Source: the human T2T-CHM13v2.0 reference genome, Homo sapiens. Taken from it: 64,000 nucleotides of DNA. This document shows, in pieces, positions 18,993 to 39,964 of the stretch; within the stretch, counting starts at the first letter, position 1, and every line of letters starts with the position of its first letter. The notes beneath the pieces were generated by a model, which was given only the letters and a program-made list of their open reading frames with translations, ran no database searches and was not told where the DNA came from. Position numbers and translations under genes: made by a program. The stretch is taken from assembly GCF_009914755.1 (NCBI RefSeq), contig NC_060941.1. The stretch is one strand, 5' to 3'.

Positions 18993-19419
18993 CTGGATCA
19001 CAAGGGCTGTGTTCAGCAAGAACTGACCTTGGTCAAACCCTGCCCCTGCCCTTATGCCCCACTCTTCTTCATTCTGGGTCCTGCTATTTCCATTTTATCA
19101 TGTCTTCATCTTCTTTCCCCACCTTTCAGGTACCTTTCCTCTCTGACCCTATCCCTAGACTCACCTCCTACCCCCCACTCAAAGCCCTTCCTTCCTTAAA
19201 AAATGATGTTAGTCATTACACTTTAGGATTTAAATTAATCATTCTGTTAGCCGTCTTACTAACTTTCTCACTGTGAAAGGAAAGCATATTAAAAGAATTT
19301 CAGGGATCGACGAAGAGCTGAGGGAGGTATTTTTCTAGGAAGAGAAAGTGACTAACAGAAATCAAGACAAAGGGGGACAATCAGATTTTTCAGATGACAG
19401 AAAGCAGGTAAACTCTAGA

Positions 19420-19700
19420 GATCTAGAGAACTAGCAAATGGTCTCTTCAGGGTGTCATCATTGCAGTAAATGAGCTCTAGCTATTTCTGTCTTTATTCTT
19501 CAGGGTATTCAAGATTGCAGTTACTTAGGAGAGACAGAGCATCTGACTGATTGAACTTGGGTTCTGTATTCACTCCTGGGCCAGGGGGAGGCAGGGTACC
19601 TGGTCTGACAGTCCTTCCAAGGCTGCATGAACCAGAGGAGCTGTTACCAGAAAAGGGCAGAGTGAATTTGGGGCAGCAAAAACATTTATTGCTTATCGAC
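19420..19700. mobile_element. Old MLT1 (J/K/L-like) LTR fragment
   Basis: gagcatctgactgattgaacttggg...gctgttaccagaaaagggc...ggggcagcaaaaaca. Confidence 0.5.
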
Positions 19701-20318
19701 TATCACTGCAAGGATTACTCAGAGGGTGATGCAGAATCAGCACCCCTCTATTTCTAAGATGACCTTGAATGTCAGAGCAAGGCACAAACAGGTTGCAGAG
19801 ACATGTGGAGTATCTGGAGCACTGTCTCAGGATCCTTCCTCTCCTGCTGGATGCTAAGGACCTTAAGGACAAGAGCTATCTTTGCTTGCAATTTATTTGG
19901 CAGGCCCTGCAGGGCTGTGCAAATGATTCTATTTAATTTTTACTACTTGTGAGAAGGCACAGAGGGCTTTGAGAGGGCACAGAGGGCCTCTTATAATGGG
20001 TAGATATGCACATTAGCTGATACACTGGAAACTTTCCAGCAGGCATATCCTTCCAAGATGATAAATATTCCTCCTTGTTGGAGAAATTGAAGACATTTGT
20101 ACTTGCAATCTAGCTTATCTAGTAAAACAAGACAAACTAACCAGTGATAGGGAGAAACATGTTTGCATTATTTTCCAACCTTGAAAATAATGTCAGATTA
20201 TTGGACTGAGAACCAATGTCATCTTCTGGATCTGGTAATTATTTGGACAAAATCTCTTTGATTCTAGGTTCAAAGTCAAGGTGTCAAAAAAAAAAAAAGG
20301 ATACAACTGTTAAGCTTA

Positions 20319-20774
<456 letters not shown>

Positions 20775-20932
20775 TTAGTAGCTTCTGCACGTTAGTATGT
20801 CAGAACTCAACTAGTTTCCTATCTTTCCTGATAACCTCTCCGACCCACCCATGATTTAGCTAACATCTGATTTGGTCAACCAAGCACCCTGGTCCTCAGG
20901 TTCAGTGTGAGACTTAATGAAATAGGCGTGAA

Positions 20933-21212
20933 TTTTTTTTTTTTTTTTTTTTTTTAGACGGAGTCTCGCTCTGTTGCCCAGCCTCGCAATCTCAACTCAC
21001 TTCAACCTCTGCCTCCGGGGTTCAAGCGATTCTCCCACCTCAGCCTCCTGAGTAGCTGAGATCACAGGCGCCCGCCACCACGCCCGGCTAATTTTTGTAT
21101 TTTTAGTAGAGACGGGGTTTCACTATATTGGCCAGGCCGGTCTGGAACTCCTGACCTTAGGTGATCCACCCAAAGTGCTTGGATTACAGGCATGAGCCAC
21201 CGCGCCTGGCTG
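20933..21212 (-). mobile_element. Alu
   Basis: TSD gc(g/a)tgaatttttt. Confidence 0.9.
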
Positions 21213-21889
21213 GCATGAATTTTTTCTTCTGTCCCTAGTTCATCTTCAGGTCACTGTCTGATTTTATTAGTTCTCAAATTTAAATCACTATGCATGCTCA
21301 GCTCTTCTAGTTATTTCCCTTCTTTCCTCATGTTGGGAAAAAAACCCCGATTTATTCTAATTGTGAGAAATGAAAGCGAACAAATCCTATCATTCCCTAT
21401 TGTCTTGTGCAAATATGAAGAGAGATATGATAGTGGGGTAAATAAAAGCATCAGGGAATCCATTCGGCAGAATCTTTCTCCTCTCAGCGTGCTTGCAGTT
21501 AGATATTCTGAGATTCCAGTGGAGAAATGGTATGGTGGAAACATTGAGGTTCAACAAGGCTCAATTTAGGGCATATTTTATTCAGATTCTACCATATATA
21601 TTGTCTAAAATGAAACAACACTGGGGAATGAAAAGGTTGGTCGAAGATGCAAGTTGCCTTTATTAAATAAAGACAAATATTTAATAAAAATAATGTATAA
21701 AAATAATCACAATTCACTTTCAAATCTGAAAATACTGAGTTTTCCAGGCTACACATAAATAAAACTGCCAACGATGACAATTCCAGCAACTAGGAAAACA
21801 AGTACGCCTACAAAGAAAAGTGAGAAAATTCATGGAGAATTTGAACTCAGAACCAACTCCTCGGAGCTGATCTTTTTTGGGGGAAGCCA

Positions 21890-22780
21890 GGGAACGCGCC
21901 GGGCGCTCTCATCAGCAAGACCATGTTTAAAGAGAGTGTGGAAGCACAGACCAAAATGGACATTCGAGGGCGAACAGCAGCTGGCAAAGGGATAAGTGAT
22001 CCGAAGCATTAAAGCCCTTGAGACAAATTCCGGCGCGAACCGCCAGTGGGGGATGAGACTCGCAGGCGCAGCCCTCCAGGCCCCGGCGGACTGACACGCA
22101 CGTTGGAAACGGAGTCACCCACCACAGCCCCGCAGCTCCAGCCAAAATGGCGCCGCCGCTCTGCCCACCCCGCGCACCCCAGGCGGCCGCCGAGCCCGCG
22201 CGCGCGCCCTGTGGAGCGAGGACGCCGGGGACGCGGCCAGGGACGCGCGCGTCCTCACGGCGGTTGCACGCCTGCGCGAGGGCGGGCGGCGGGGGCGCGC
22301 GCGCGGCGGGGGCGGGCTTTGCCGAGCGCAGAGCTGCAGCCGCCGAGCCGGACGTGTCCGCGAAGATGGCGGGCCGGGTGAGTGCCGGTCTGGGAGCCCA
22401 GGCTTGAGGCAGGGGCGCCGGGCTCGCGGGCACTCTGGGGTCCAGGCGGCCCCAGAGGAGTGGGAGTGAATCCGAGCAATGGGGCGCGAGGCCAGAGCGG
22501 GACTTGAGGGTAGCAGGGGAGCGGTGGCAGGGGATTAGCCCTCCTCAACAACTCCACCCCCCTCGAGGGGAGATGACCCCTCGTTACACGCGTCTGCTGC
22601 GCCTCCCGTCATCCTCCCTTCCCATCCCTTGGGGCTTGTTCCCTCGTCCTCCACACAGCCGCAGGGTCGCGGTCGCCGAAGCCCCCTCTGACGGGCTCTG
22701 GGGGTCTTTCCGCACCCCCTTGCGAGGGCTTATTAGGGGGCGCCGGAGTAACTGCCGGGAGCACCTCTGCTGCATTCGGG
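21890..22780. promoter_or_regulatory. CpG-island promoter of NSF (GC boxes, YY1-type motifs)
   Basis: Very high CpG density. GGGCGG boxes at 22280-22316. CAAAATGGCG at 22143 and AAGATGGCGG over the start codon. Confidence 0.88.
22366..22377 (+). CDS. NSF: NSF (vesicle-fusing ATPase) exon 1 coding part: MAGR
   Basis: gcgaagATGGCGGGCCGG|gtgagt with strong Kozak context and canonical donor. Could be the NSFP1 duplicate. Confidence 0.92.
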
Positions 22781-23429
22781 GCAAGGGGTGTAGGAAGGAT
22801 CTTCAGGAACCCATGTCTGGCTCTTCACAAATTAAAGGTCGTTGGGAAAGAGGAGGGGGTGCCAATGACTTTTAGTGTTAAAGCCCGGCCATCTGGGGGA
22901 CCTGTCAACTGTCGGGTCAGGCAGGAATTGGCTTTAGCTTGGAGTGAGGATGGATTTGGGGTGTCACGTTTTGTTTTTATGGATGACACTCGCTTCGAAT
23001 GCAGCAGGATATGCTGTAGTTTCAGGGTTTTAAATTTACTTCCTCCTTTAGCCTTTAGGATCGTTGGGTAGGATGGGTTTGGCGAGGAGAGAGAGCTGGT
23101 TGAGTGCTGTATTGCAGTCTGCCTTGAGCTAAAAGCTCTCAAGGGATGAGTCCTGCCCGGAGATTACACTGGTCATAAACCTGAGGACATTAACTGCGTC
23201 ATTGGGGGTGAAAGATGTGATTGACTGATCTATTTATAACAGAATTTTTGAATAAGTTTGCATAGATTTATGCATATATGCAAATGCCCTATCTGAAGGG
23301 ACTTGTAGGTCATGAGATTCTAGAGTAAGAAGGGATCTTAAAGGTCATTTAGTTTGGCTTCTTTCTCTTCCTTTTCCCCATGGCCTCTCCTTTTAAGGCT
23401 AGTCCTTCTGCCAGTACTTCAGACCCTAT

Positions 23430-25700
<2,271 letters not shown>

Positions 25701-26529
25701 AACACTCTGGTGATAGATGGTATATTACCCTAAAGCTTGCCTGTAATGTCATACAGCTATGTTAGGTCTTTGTTATCTGGAGTTCCATGTAACTTTTATA
25801 CGTAGTTACTATTTCTGCTGTTTCAAGCCATACGGAACTAAACACAATTCTTTTTCCATGTAATAGCTACTCAAGCTACTCATTTACTTGAATACAGGTT
25901 ACATATCTCCTCAGATTTTCGATTTTGCAAGTTAAACATCCCCCAATTCCTAGCATATTTCATATTCCAAACCCTTCATCATTTAGGCTACCTTCCTCTG
26001 GAAGTAACCTAATGTTACTGTTTTGTCAACCTTTCTTCTAAAATGTGCCCAGAGTGGAACACAGTGATCAGAGAAGAATGTACTTAAGCTATTATTGTCT
26101 TGAGATGGACACTACCATTATTCATACCAGATAAAATTGTATTAGCGTTTTTTCTATAGTAAATCACATTCTTGGCTCATACTGAGCTTGTAGTCAGTGA
26201 AAACTCATGTTCTTTTAAAATCAGCTCCCTAGCTCCATTCTAGGTTTAGAGCAGTTTTATTGAACCTAAATCAAGACCTTATCCTTTTACAATTCATTTT
26301 TTTAGGTCAGTGCATGTCTGCTGTTTGTTGAGGTAATCTGGATTCTTAGTTCTTTCATGTTAGGAAACATAATAGCTGTCTCTTCCAGTTTGGTTAGATC
26401 TGTAGGTTTAATCATGACTTCTGTTTCTACGTTTGAGTTATTGGTAAAGGATAGAATAAGACAGGGTCAGAAATAACCCTTGGACATGCTGCCAGTGACA
26501 TGCCTCTAGACTGATACCCATTAATACAC

Positions 26530-26715
26530 TTGGGCACTGTTGCTTAAATACAGATGTGTCTCATTTAATTCCAACAAAACAACCTGCAAAGTAGGTAGTA
26601 TTATCTTTGTTTTTTTGCAGAGAGAAAGAGAGAGAGATTTAGTAACTTGAGAAGTTCACATAGCCAGCAAGAAGCAGGGTCAAGATTTGAACTCAGATCA
26701 GCCTGGTACTGTTAC
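26530..26715. mobile_element. MIR
   Basis: tctcatttaattccaacaa...gtaggtagtattatc...agtaacttg...aagatttgaactcag. Confidence 0.7.
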
Positions 26716-26929
26716 CTAGTTCACCAGCTTAGTTGCAAGAGTGTAGTAAAGACTAGGTTTACCTCACCTAGAACTTTTTGGACATAATAATGTTCAGAAA
26801 CTATCTTCTACCTTTTGGAAAATCTGAAAAACTTTGGCCCATCTGATTGTCTATCATTTCTTCTGATAGCCTTTATTTTCTAGTAACTACTGAGTGATTT
26901 TTAGCAAAAATAGTTCACCTTGTTGCAAT

Positions 26930-29686
<2,757 letters not shown>

Positions 29687-31183
29687 TGTTGTGATACTCT
29701 TAATGGGTTTTATATTTCCTTTTTGTGGGGGACAGTTTATTTTGCATTCTTACTACTTTTGATATTCTGACATCATCTTATAAGTGGGATTTATATTCAC
29801 TATGTAATTGAAGTTTTTTCCAATGAAGCACCGTATATAGTTTATCTGGGAAATTGGCTGAAGAATAAAATGTGTGATGTTATTCAGTGTACAGTTTCTA
29901 GGTCATCAGAAGATACCACTACCTTCCCACTACTGGAAAAGAAAAAAGAAAAGTTTTCCACAGTGCCTGAACTGTTTTGTATGCTTATCTTTTAAAATTG
30001 CCAGAAATCTCACTTACTGGAGATTCAGCAGTCCCTTTCTGAAAATACACATACTTTAGTGCAAATAAAGCCAGTGGATCTCTTTCTTCATAAGTCCTTA
30101 AACCTAGTCGAGGTCATCTGTTTGGCAGAGATAGGAGTAAGATAATGTGAAATAGGAACCAACGAGAGAGAACTTGCTTAGGAGTTGAAAGGGGTATGGA
30201 AAGATGTTAGAGGTAAAATTTGTCGAATCTAGTGTTTTGACTAGGGCAGGCCAGAATATTCAGTATCAGTATCAATATCAGAAGCTTTTGTAGCCTTTGT
30301 TTAGAAACCTAGTCATTTATAACATTTTGTGGGTGAATGACATCATTACCAAACAAACTTTCAGATGAAACTTTGGAACTCAAGCTGTAAATTGTGGATA
30401 GCTCATGTGCAGTACTACAAATCAAAACAAATACTATAAAGTGTTTGGTAGTCCATTTCCTGAATGAAAGTTTGTCCAAAGTATATCAACTTTCTGCAGT
30501 CTTACATGCAGTAGTTATTAGTTTTGTGTATCGCTTTAGTGGATATTTTTAAAAGTATCTTCAAATGCAATGAATTTTAGGAAACAAAACAATTCTTTAA
30601 AGCATCATTAGATAGCTTCTTCTTTCTGAAACCCAGAGGAATTTATGTATAGGATGACTCTTTTTTTCAAGTAGTTAAGTTAAGGTGCAAAAGTATAAGG
30701 TAAAGTATATTATCTTACCATTGAAAATTTTGGCAGTGGCAGAAGAGCGAACCCTTACAAATACCTTCATTGGGCAATACACTAAGCACTTGCTGTAATG
30801 CTTTTTAAAACATCTATACTCTGGCTGTGGTATTTTAAGTGAAAATCTCTCAGTGAGATACTCTTTCGTATTTTAGTACTGATATCCTTAATATTGCTCT
30901 GAGAGCTACCTTATACTGACTTCAGTTTCCTAGTGATTTAAACTACTAATTTCCAACTTATTTTTTTTTATAGTGAAAACTAAATATTCCTTTTGTAGAT
31001 GTAACCATTTCTGGAAGCCCTAAGTATTTTTGAATGAGTATAATTCATGCACACTTTAAGAGATTTCAAGCATGACAAGCACAGTGAATAACATATATCC
31101 ATGTGATTACCACTGAGGTTTAAGAAATGTTAACATATGATATCTGCTTCAGATATTTATCTTTTTAAAAATAGAACATTACA

Positions 31184-31478
31184 GCTGGGCATGGTGGCTC
31201 ACACTTGTAATCCCAGCACTTTGGGAGGCTGAGGCTGGTGGATCACCTGAGGTCGGGAGTTCGAGACCAGCCTGGCTGACATGGAGAAACCCCGTCTCTA
31301 CTAAAAATACAAAATTAGCCGGGCGTGGTGGCACATGCCTGTAATCCCAGCTACTCGAGAGGCTGAGGCAGGAGAATCGCTTGAACCTGGGAGGCAGAGG
31401 TTGCGGTGAGCGAGATCACAACTCCAGCCTGGGCCACAAGAGTGAAACTCAGTCTCAAAAATAATAATAATAAATAAA
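31184..31478 (+). mobile_element. Alu (Sp-like)
   Basis: TSD aaaaatagaacattaca. Confidence 0.92.
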
Positions 31479-31524
31479 AAATAGAACATTACAGATCCAA
31501 TTGACTCTTCTTTGTATTGCTCCT

Positions 31525-31846
31525 TTTTTTTTTTTTTTTTTAGTTTTATTTAAAAATTTTTTTTAGAGGCTGAGTCTCACTTGGTGGCCTGGGCTGGAGT
31601 GCAGTGGCGCAGTCATAGCTCACTGCAGCTTCACACTCCTGAGCTCGAGCAATCTTCCTGCTTCAGCTTCCTGAGTAGCTTGGACTAGCAGAGGTGTGCC
31701 ACCACATCTGGCTAATTAAAAAAAAGTTTTTAGAGATAGGATCTCTCTGTGTTGCTCAGGTTAGTCTCAACACCTGGCCTCAAGTGATCCTCCCACCTCA
31801 GCCTCCTGAGTAGCTGTGGTTGTAGGTGGCAGCCACCACACCTGGC
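31525..31846 (-). mobile_element. Alu (J-like)
   Basis: Antisense Alu. Confidence 0.88.
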
Positions 31847-31859
31847 AGTATCCCTTCTT

Positions 31860-33440
31860 GAGACCACTGACCTTTCCCAGAAGTAATCACTGTCCTGAAG
31901 TTGGTATAGATTCTTTCTGTCTACATCTATGCATGTTTATGCTCAAAAACAATATATTGCTTTGTGTGTCTTTAAAATGTATATAATGGTTTTATGCTAT
32001 ATCTTTCTTTCTGCAACCTGCATTTTTCACTTAAAATAATTTTGAAATTTAGTCCTGTGGATATATAGTGAGCCAATTAATTCTGCTTAGCTACTCTGTA
32101 GTCTGTTTTGTGAATATACCACAATCATCTACTTTCTTATTAGAGGACAATTTAGGCAGTTCCAATTTTATTTTTCCCGGAATGTACATTATTTTAGTCG
32201 AGTGCCATTGCCACATTAGCGATATTTTGGTTAGTGAGGGACTGCAGATAGGAAGGTGATCCCAAAAGATTATAATGCCATATATTTACTCTACCTTTCT
32301 ATATTTACATATGTTTAGTTACACAATTACCCATTATGTTACAGTTGCTTACAGCATTTGGTGCTGTAACATGCTGTACAGGTTTGTAGCCTAGGAGCAA
32401 TAGGCTATACCGTATAGGTTTGTGTAAGTACGCTCTATGATATTCATATAACGATGAAATCACCTAGTGACACATTTCTCAGAATGTATCCCTATTGTTA
32501 AGCAACACATGAGTGTGTGTCTCCATGCATATATGTGTAAGAGTTAGCATGTGTGTCCAGAGGTAGAATTGCTGGGCGATAAGTCATACTCATCTTTACC
32601 TAGTTATGCCAGTTTATACTGTCACTAGCAGTATATGAGTACCTGTTATTTATATCCTCTCCAACACTTAATATTGCTGACATTTTAACTTTTACAATAT
32701 AATAGGTGTAAAACTATTGTTTAAATTTGCATGTTGTCCTCATTACTAGTGAGATTAAGCATTTTTCATATTGGTCATTGGGATTTCCCCTTCTGTGAAT
32801 TACTTTTGTATATTTGCTCATTTTTTCTGTTGGGCTGTGTATTTTTTTAGTGATTTGTATAATTTTTCGTTTTTTGGGGGGTAGGGTATGCTTTGGATTC
32901 TAATCCTTTGTTGTAAATAGCTTCTCTCAGACAGTGATGGTCTTTTCATGATGTTTATAGAGTGTTGGATTTAAATTTTATAGTTATAATTACCCTTTTT
33001 TTTTTTTTACCTTGGTGATTTGTGCTTTTATGTGTTTTTCAGGAAATCTTTCTCCACCCTGAAGTCATTTTCTTATAAAAGTTTTAAAATTTTGCCTTGC
33101 ACATTTTGGTGATTGATCAGGAATTTATTTTTGTGTTTGGTGTGAATTATGAACTAATTTTATCTTTTCCATATGTATAACCAGTTGTCTCAATATCATT
33201 TATTGAGTCCATTTTTTTCCTTTACTGATTTGCAATGCTATCTCTGTATTATATCCAGTTCCCATATATGTGTGGGTCTAAGTGTCGACTCTATTCCGTT
33301 TCATAATTCTTTTTGTCCATATTTGCATCAATAACACTGTTTTAATTGCTGTAGCTTTAAAATTATTCTTGTTATTTCATAGGGCGTACTTTCATTACCT
33401 TTCTTAATTTGGCATTTCTTGGCTCTTTTCCGTATGAATT
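31860..33440 (-). mobile_element. Degraded L1ME-type fragments
   Basis: aggtagaattgctggg...atcctctccaacactt...attactagtgagattaagcatttttcatat. Confidence 0.65.
32196..32516 (+). mobile_element. Tigger3a/MER7A-like MITE
   Basis: catgctgtacaggtttgtagcctaggagcaataggctatac...catttctcagaatgtatccc..gttaagcaacacatga. Confidence 0.85.
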
Positions 33441-33469
33441 CTGGGAACAACTTAATCCCCACTCCTTTA

Positions 33470-33760
<291 letters not shown>

Positions 33761-34859
33761 TTTTTGTTTGTTTGTTTTAAAGACACTTTTAACCTTCCGC
33801 TATGGATTTTTGACCTACATTTTTCCTCTTGTATTTTATAAGAGTAGACACAGAGAGCACTTCAATAAAATTCAGCTCAATAACTTTATTAACCTGATCT
33901 CCTTTTCTTTGACTTTAAGCTGAAAGTGTTAATTTCTCACAACTTGTGCTCTATAGATTTGAAACCAAATCAATTAGCATCAGCTGTTTATGAGTAATGC
34001 AGGGTATTTTGGTCTTTTGCTAAATTCAGAAAGAAATGTTAAAGTGCTGATGGATTTGCACTAGCTGTATAGATCTTTGGTGGAGGAGGAAATGGGAAAA
34101 TTATTAATTTCAGGTAAGAAGTCATTTTTGAAATGCAAGATTCATTTCTTTTTAAAATCACCACATAATAAAAACTTTAAGGGCTGCATTGGTGGGTTTT
34201 TAAAAAAAATTGTGAAGTGTTTTTAGTGTTATGTGCTGACAAATATTTTTGTAGTTGCTTTGACAAGCAATGAAACTACCAATTATCACTAATTCTGAGT
34301 CTTCCAATGAACCTCTGTGTCAAATTTTTAAATTTAATTATCCTGACTATTTTTCTCCTAGAGAATAATATTGATATAATTTTGTGAACCATAGCAGACA
34401 GTTCCCATTGCTGAGAATAGAGCCTGGTGTGGGGATATTATGATTCTTGAATGGTTGAACAAGACATTTGCTTCTGAACATCTTAGTAAATTATCACTTC
34501 TGACAATGTCTGTAGTTTGAATTTTGATATTCTCTGCCAAGGTATTGAATACTCTAAATAATGTTGTTTATTCTATTATTTAAATCATTAGTATTATAGA
34601 TCTAGCTTTAAACAGCTGCTGCACTCCAGTCCTTTTTCTTCACCTGCAGATATTGAGTCTGATAACTGTTTTGTATACATAGCCTTTCAGTAAATCTACT
34701 TATCAGTCATCAAATTAACTTAATTATAAGTTAAATGATGAGATGGACCAAGAGTGTTATTGAAATCTCATTTCCACACATTTCTTCTCTTCTTTTGTAG
34801 AAGGTAATGAAATGAACCTGTCAGTGTTCCTGTTTTTATGAAGTTTATTTCTCTTAGTA

Positions 34860-35042
34860 CAGTGATTCTGATAGTGGGTTCTGCAGACCAGCAAATTAGC
34901 ATTATCTGAGAACTTGTTAGAAAAGCAAATTCTCAGTTCCCACTTCAGGCTGACTAATTTAGAAACCCTGGGGTAGGGCTTAGCATTCTCTTTCAATAAA
35001 TTCTCCAGGTGATTCTGATGTATGTTAAAGTTGAGAAGCATT
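34860..35042. mobile_element. MER5A-like hAT-Charlie MITE
   Basis: gaacttgttagaaaagcaaattctcag...ctccaggtgattctgatg...aaagttgagaa. Confidence 0.85.
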
Positions 35043-35289
35043 CACTTAGTGTTTTGAGCTCTCCAATTTAGTTCCTTATAAATTGTTGAAGATATTTTTT
35101 CCAGATTTCTTTCCAAATATGTGCTCAACCTTGTTACTGATAGGTTTCAAGGTTATCGTCTTCTTCCCATTAATACCTTCATCTATATCCAATTTTCAAA
35201 CTTTTAAGAAAGCATGGCTATTTTGCTGCAGTATGGTGAATTAGGTACTCTGACTGACCTTCCCAGATAAACAATTTAAAATTCTAGAT

Positions 35290-35587
<298 letters not shown>

Positions 35588-36698
35588 AGATGAAATATTT
35601 TTTAAGTAAAAACCTTATGTGCATGGAGATAGCTGGCTGAAAAGTAAGGAATAATCAGGCCAAAAACTATGTGAAGGTGAAAACCCAGAGATATAAGCCA
35701 AGTACTGCTGCCTTGAGGACATTATTTGCAAATGACATTACTTGGAAAACCTAGTTAACTTGTGCTTGTGCCTCAAGAAGCTCAGAGAACGGAAGATAAA
35801 AGTAGTTTTCTGGTAGAACGTCCCACCTCTCCTGGTAAAGATGGTACCCCAAGGGTCTATACATCATAATAAATGAGAACTAGTAATAAACGTACCTTGT
35901 CTAAGGATCGGAAAGAAAAATTTCCTGCCTCAAACTTTGGTGGTGATGGGAAGGGTACAGAAATTCCCTGAGAAGTTTTACCCACAAGCTGACCTTCATG
36001 CAGGTTTGAATCCTGATTTTATATTACCTGGATGGTATGAAAATCTTAAGCCAGTAATTAAATATAAAAGTGGTACAAGAGTGACGATGCCTTAAAATGC
36101 CTAAGAATGCCTAAAAAGCAGCAAATACAAAGCTTCTTGGGAGAACCCATCTTGATCTTAGGATTTAGAAAATTCCTAAACATAAAGCTGTAAGAAATAT
36201 GAACTCACATTCACAAAATGCAGAAAGAAATAAGATGCAATGAATGAGAGGAAGCAGAAACAATAAAGAGCAGAATCAGAACCTGCAAAGAGTTCACATA
36301 TTGGAGTTAGCAGACACAGATTATAAGTACATATATTTAATATGCTTATAGAAAAAAAGAAATTTAAAATAGGAATGAGGAGCAAGTATACAAAAATGAC
36401 CAGTGTACAAATTTAATAACAGATTAGACACAGCTAAAGAAAGATTTAGTAAAGTGGATCTGAAAAAATTGCAGTATAGAGGCAAGAAAATGAAAAGTAA
36501 TAAAAGAGTTAAGAGAATACAGAGGGTAGAATAAGAAGGTTCAGTCTAGTCAGAATTCTGGGGCAGGGGAGCAGGGGCATGGAAAAGAATGAGGCAGAGG
36601 CAGTATTTGAAGAGATAATGACAGAGAACTGATGAAAAACAACCTACAAATTTAGGAAGCTAAAGAATCCCAGAAAGGATAAAAAGAAAAAAAATTCA

Positions 36699-37113
<415 letters not shown>

Positions 37114-37457
37114 CTATAATAATGAAAGCCATAAGACAGGGAGTAATATTTTCCATATGCTTAGAGAAAATAATTGTCAACCAAGAATTGTATATCTTGT
37201 GAAGAATGGGGGCAAAATTAGACACTTTAAAACAGACAAACACTCAATGTTGTAACCATCAAACCTTCCCTACTAGTGGAAATTCAGATCAATTTCCTGA
37301 AGGCTAAAAAAAAAAAAAAAAAGTGACCACTGATGTAAAGTCTGAGATTTAAGAAGGATTGAAGAGTAAAGAATAATGGTAAATCTGTGGATATATTGAA
37401 ATAAATATTGGCTTTATAAAATGATGTATGCGGAGGTTTTAAAAATAGAACTAAATA

Positions 37458-37781
<324 letters not shown>

Positions 37782-38115
37782 CTAAATATATGATAACAAC
37801 ATCCAAATCAAAAGAGTGGTTAAAGTATTTTATGATCTTTATACTGTTGAAGAGAAAGGTAAAGCTATTCAATTAACTTTAGATTTTGATAGGTATGTGT
37901 ATTAGTATTTTCAGAGTAACTACTAAAATAATATAAATATTAGGAATAATTTATAGCAGAAAAAACAATTTTTAAAAGGCAAGGAAGAAGTGAAAAACAT
38001 AGAAAAGGTCAGATAAAGAGGAAACAATAAAATATAGAAATCAAATCAAATATATGGTAGACTAAATGCTTCATTCAGACAAAGAATGTCAGATTGGATT
38101 ATTTAAAAGCAAGCA

Positions 38116-38422
38116 GGCCGGGTGCAGTGGCTCACGCCTGTAATCCGAGCACTTTGAGAGGCTGAGACGGGTGGATCACTTGAGATCAGGAGTTCGAGAC
38201 CACCCTGGCCAACACGGCCAGCTGGCCATGGCCAGCTAATACAAAAATTAGCTGGGTGTGGTGGTGCACACCTGTAATCCCAGGTACTTGGGAAGGTGAG
38301 GCAGGAGAATCACTTGAACCCAGGAGGCGGAGATTGCCGTAAGCCAAGATCATGCCACCGTACTCCAGCCTGGGCAACAGGGTGAGACTCTGTTTCAAAA
38401 ATAAATAAATAAATAAATAAAA
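38116..38422 (+). mobile_element. Alu
   Basis: TSD aaaagcaagca. Confidence 0.9.
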
Positions 38423-39164
38423 GCAAGCAAACAAACTTACTGAAACAACACAAAATCCAGCTATAATTTTCAAGAGAGATAGCTAATACATATGAATGTA
38501 GAAAGATAGAAAGCAAAAGGATGGAAAAAGTCTATCAGGCAAACTCTAACCAAAAGGGAGGTAAACTAACTATATTAGCATCAGACAATATGATCTTTCA
38601 GACAAAAGAGACAGCTAGAGATAGGTCCCTCAACAATGAGAAAAGGTTTATTTATCCATAAAGGTAAAAACAATTCCAAACTTGTGTGAACCTAATAATT
38701 GCCTCAATATACAAAGAACAAAATGACACAATTATAAGATGAAATAGACAAATCTACCATGGTGAGGAGTTTCAAAACTCCCTAATTGAAAAATTAAAAA
38801 GACAAAATGGTTACAGCTGAAAATTAAAATTAAAAATTCATTTTCTCGGTTGCAATAGCCATTTTTCAAGGGCTTACTAGTGACATGTGACAATGGCTGC
38901 TGTATTGGACAGCACAGAAAGTACTTTTGCACTGCATTAATTTAGAAGACTTAATATAATTAACAATATTAATAATTGAGTATTGAACACCACATCCAAG
39001 GTGCAGATCTCTGAATAATATCTGATCATAATGTGGGCAAGTTAGAAATTAATGACAAGAAAAGGCAGAAACATGGGAGACAGGTGAAGATTTCTTAAAC
39101 AGAATATAAAAAGCACTAGATACAAAGGAAAAAAGTGATTAATTGGATTTCATCAAAAGACACT

Positions 39165-39548
39165 GACTTAGTTTGCTTAGGCTGCCATAACACAATACTA
39201 TAGACTTGGTGGCTTAAACAAAAGAAATGTATTTTCTCACGGTTCTGGAAGCTGGAAGTTTGGGACCGGGGTGCCAGTATGACTGCGTTTTGGTGAGCAC
39301 TGTCTTCGTGACTTGCACACAGGCTTCTTGCCACGTGTCTGTGTGGCGGAGAGACAGCAAGATCTCACCATCTCTCTTCCTTTTCTTATAAGGCCACAGT
39401 CTTGTCAGATTAGGGCCCTTCGCTTATGACCTAATTTAGCCTCAATTATCTCCCAAAGTCCCTATCTCCAAAATAGTTGGGGTGGGGGAAGTGCCTTGAC
39501 TAATGAATTTTGTTGGGGGCAGTGGGGAGTGCACATTTCACTCCATAG
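39165..39548 (-). mobile_element. MLT1A-type MaLR LTR
   Basis: ttagtttgcttaggctgccataac...ggcttaaac...tctcacggttctggaagctggaag...cacatttcactccata. Confidence 0.8.
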
Positions 39549-39609
39549 TAGACACCATTGAGGAGAAAGACCAGAGTGGAAGAAGGTATTTGAAATACAT
39601 GTATTTGAC

Positions 39610-39964
<355 letters not shown>

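Noticed and set aside
21927-23142. Overlapping 100-170 aa ORFs around the NSF promoter
   Set aside because: Expected shadow ORFs in GC-rich DNA. Only the one in frame with NSF was kept as a finding.
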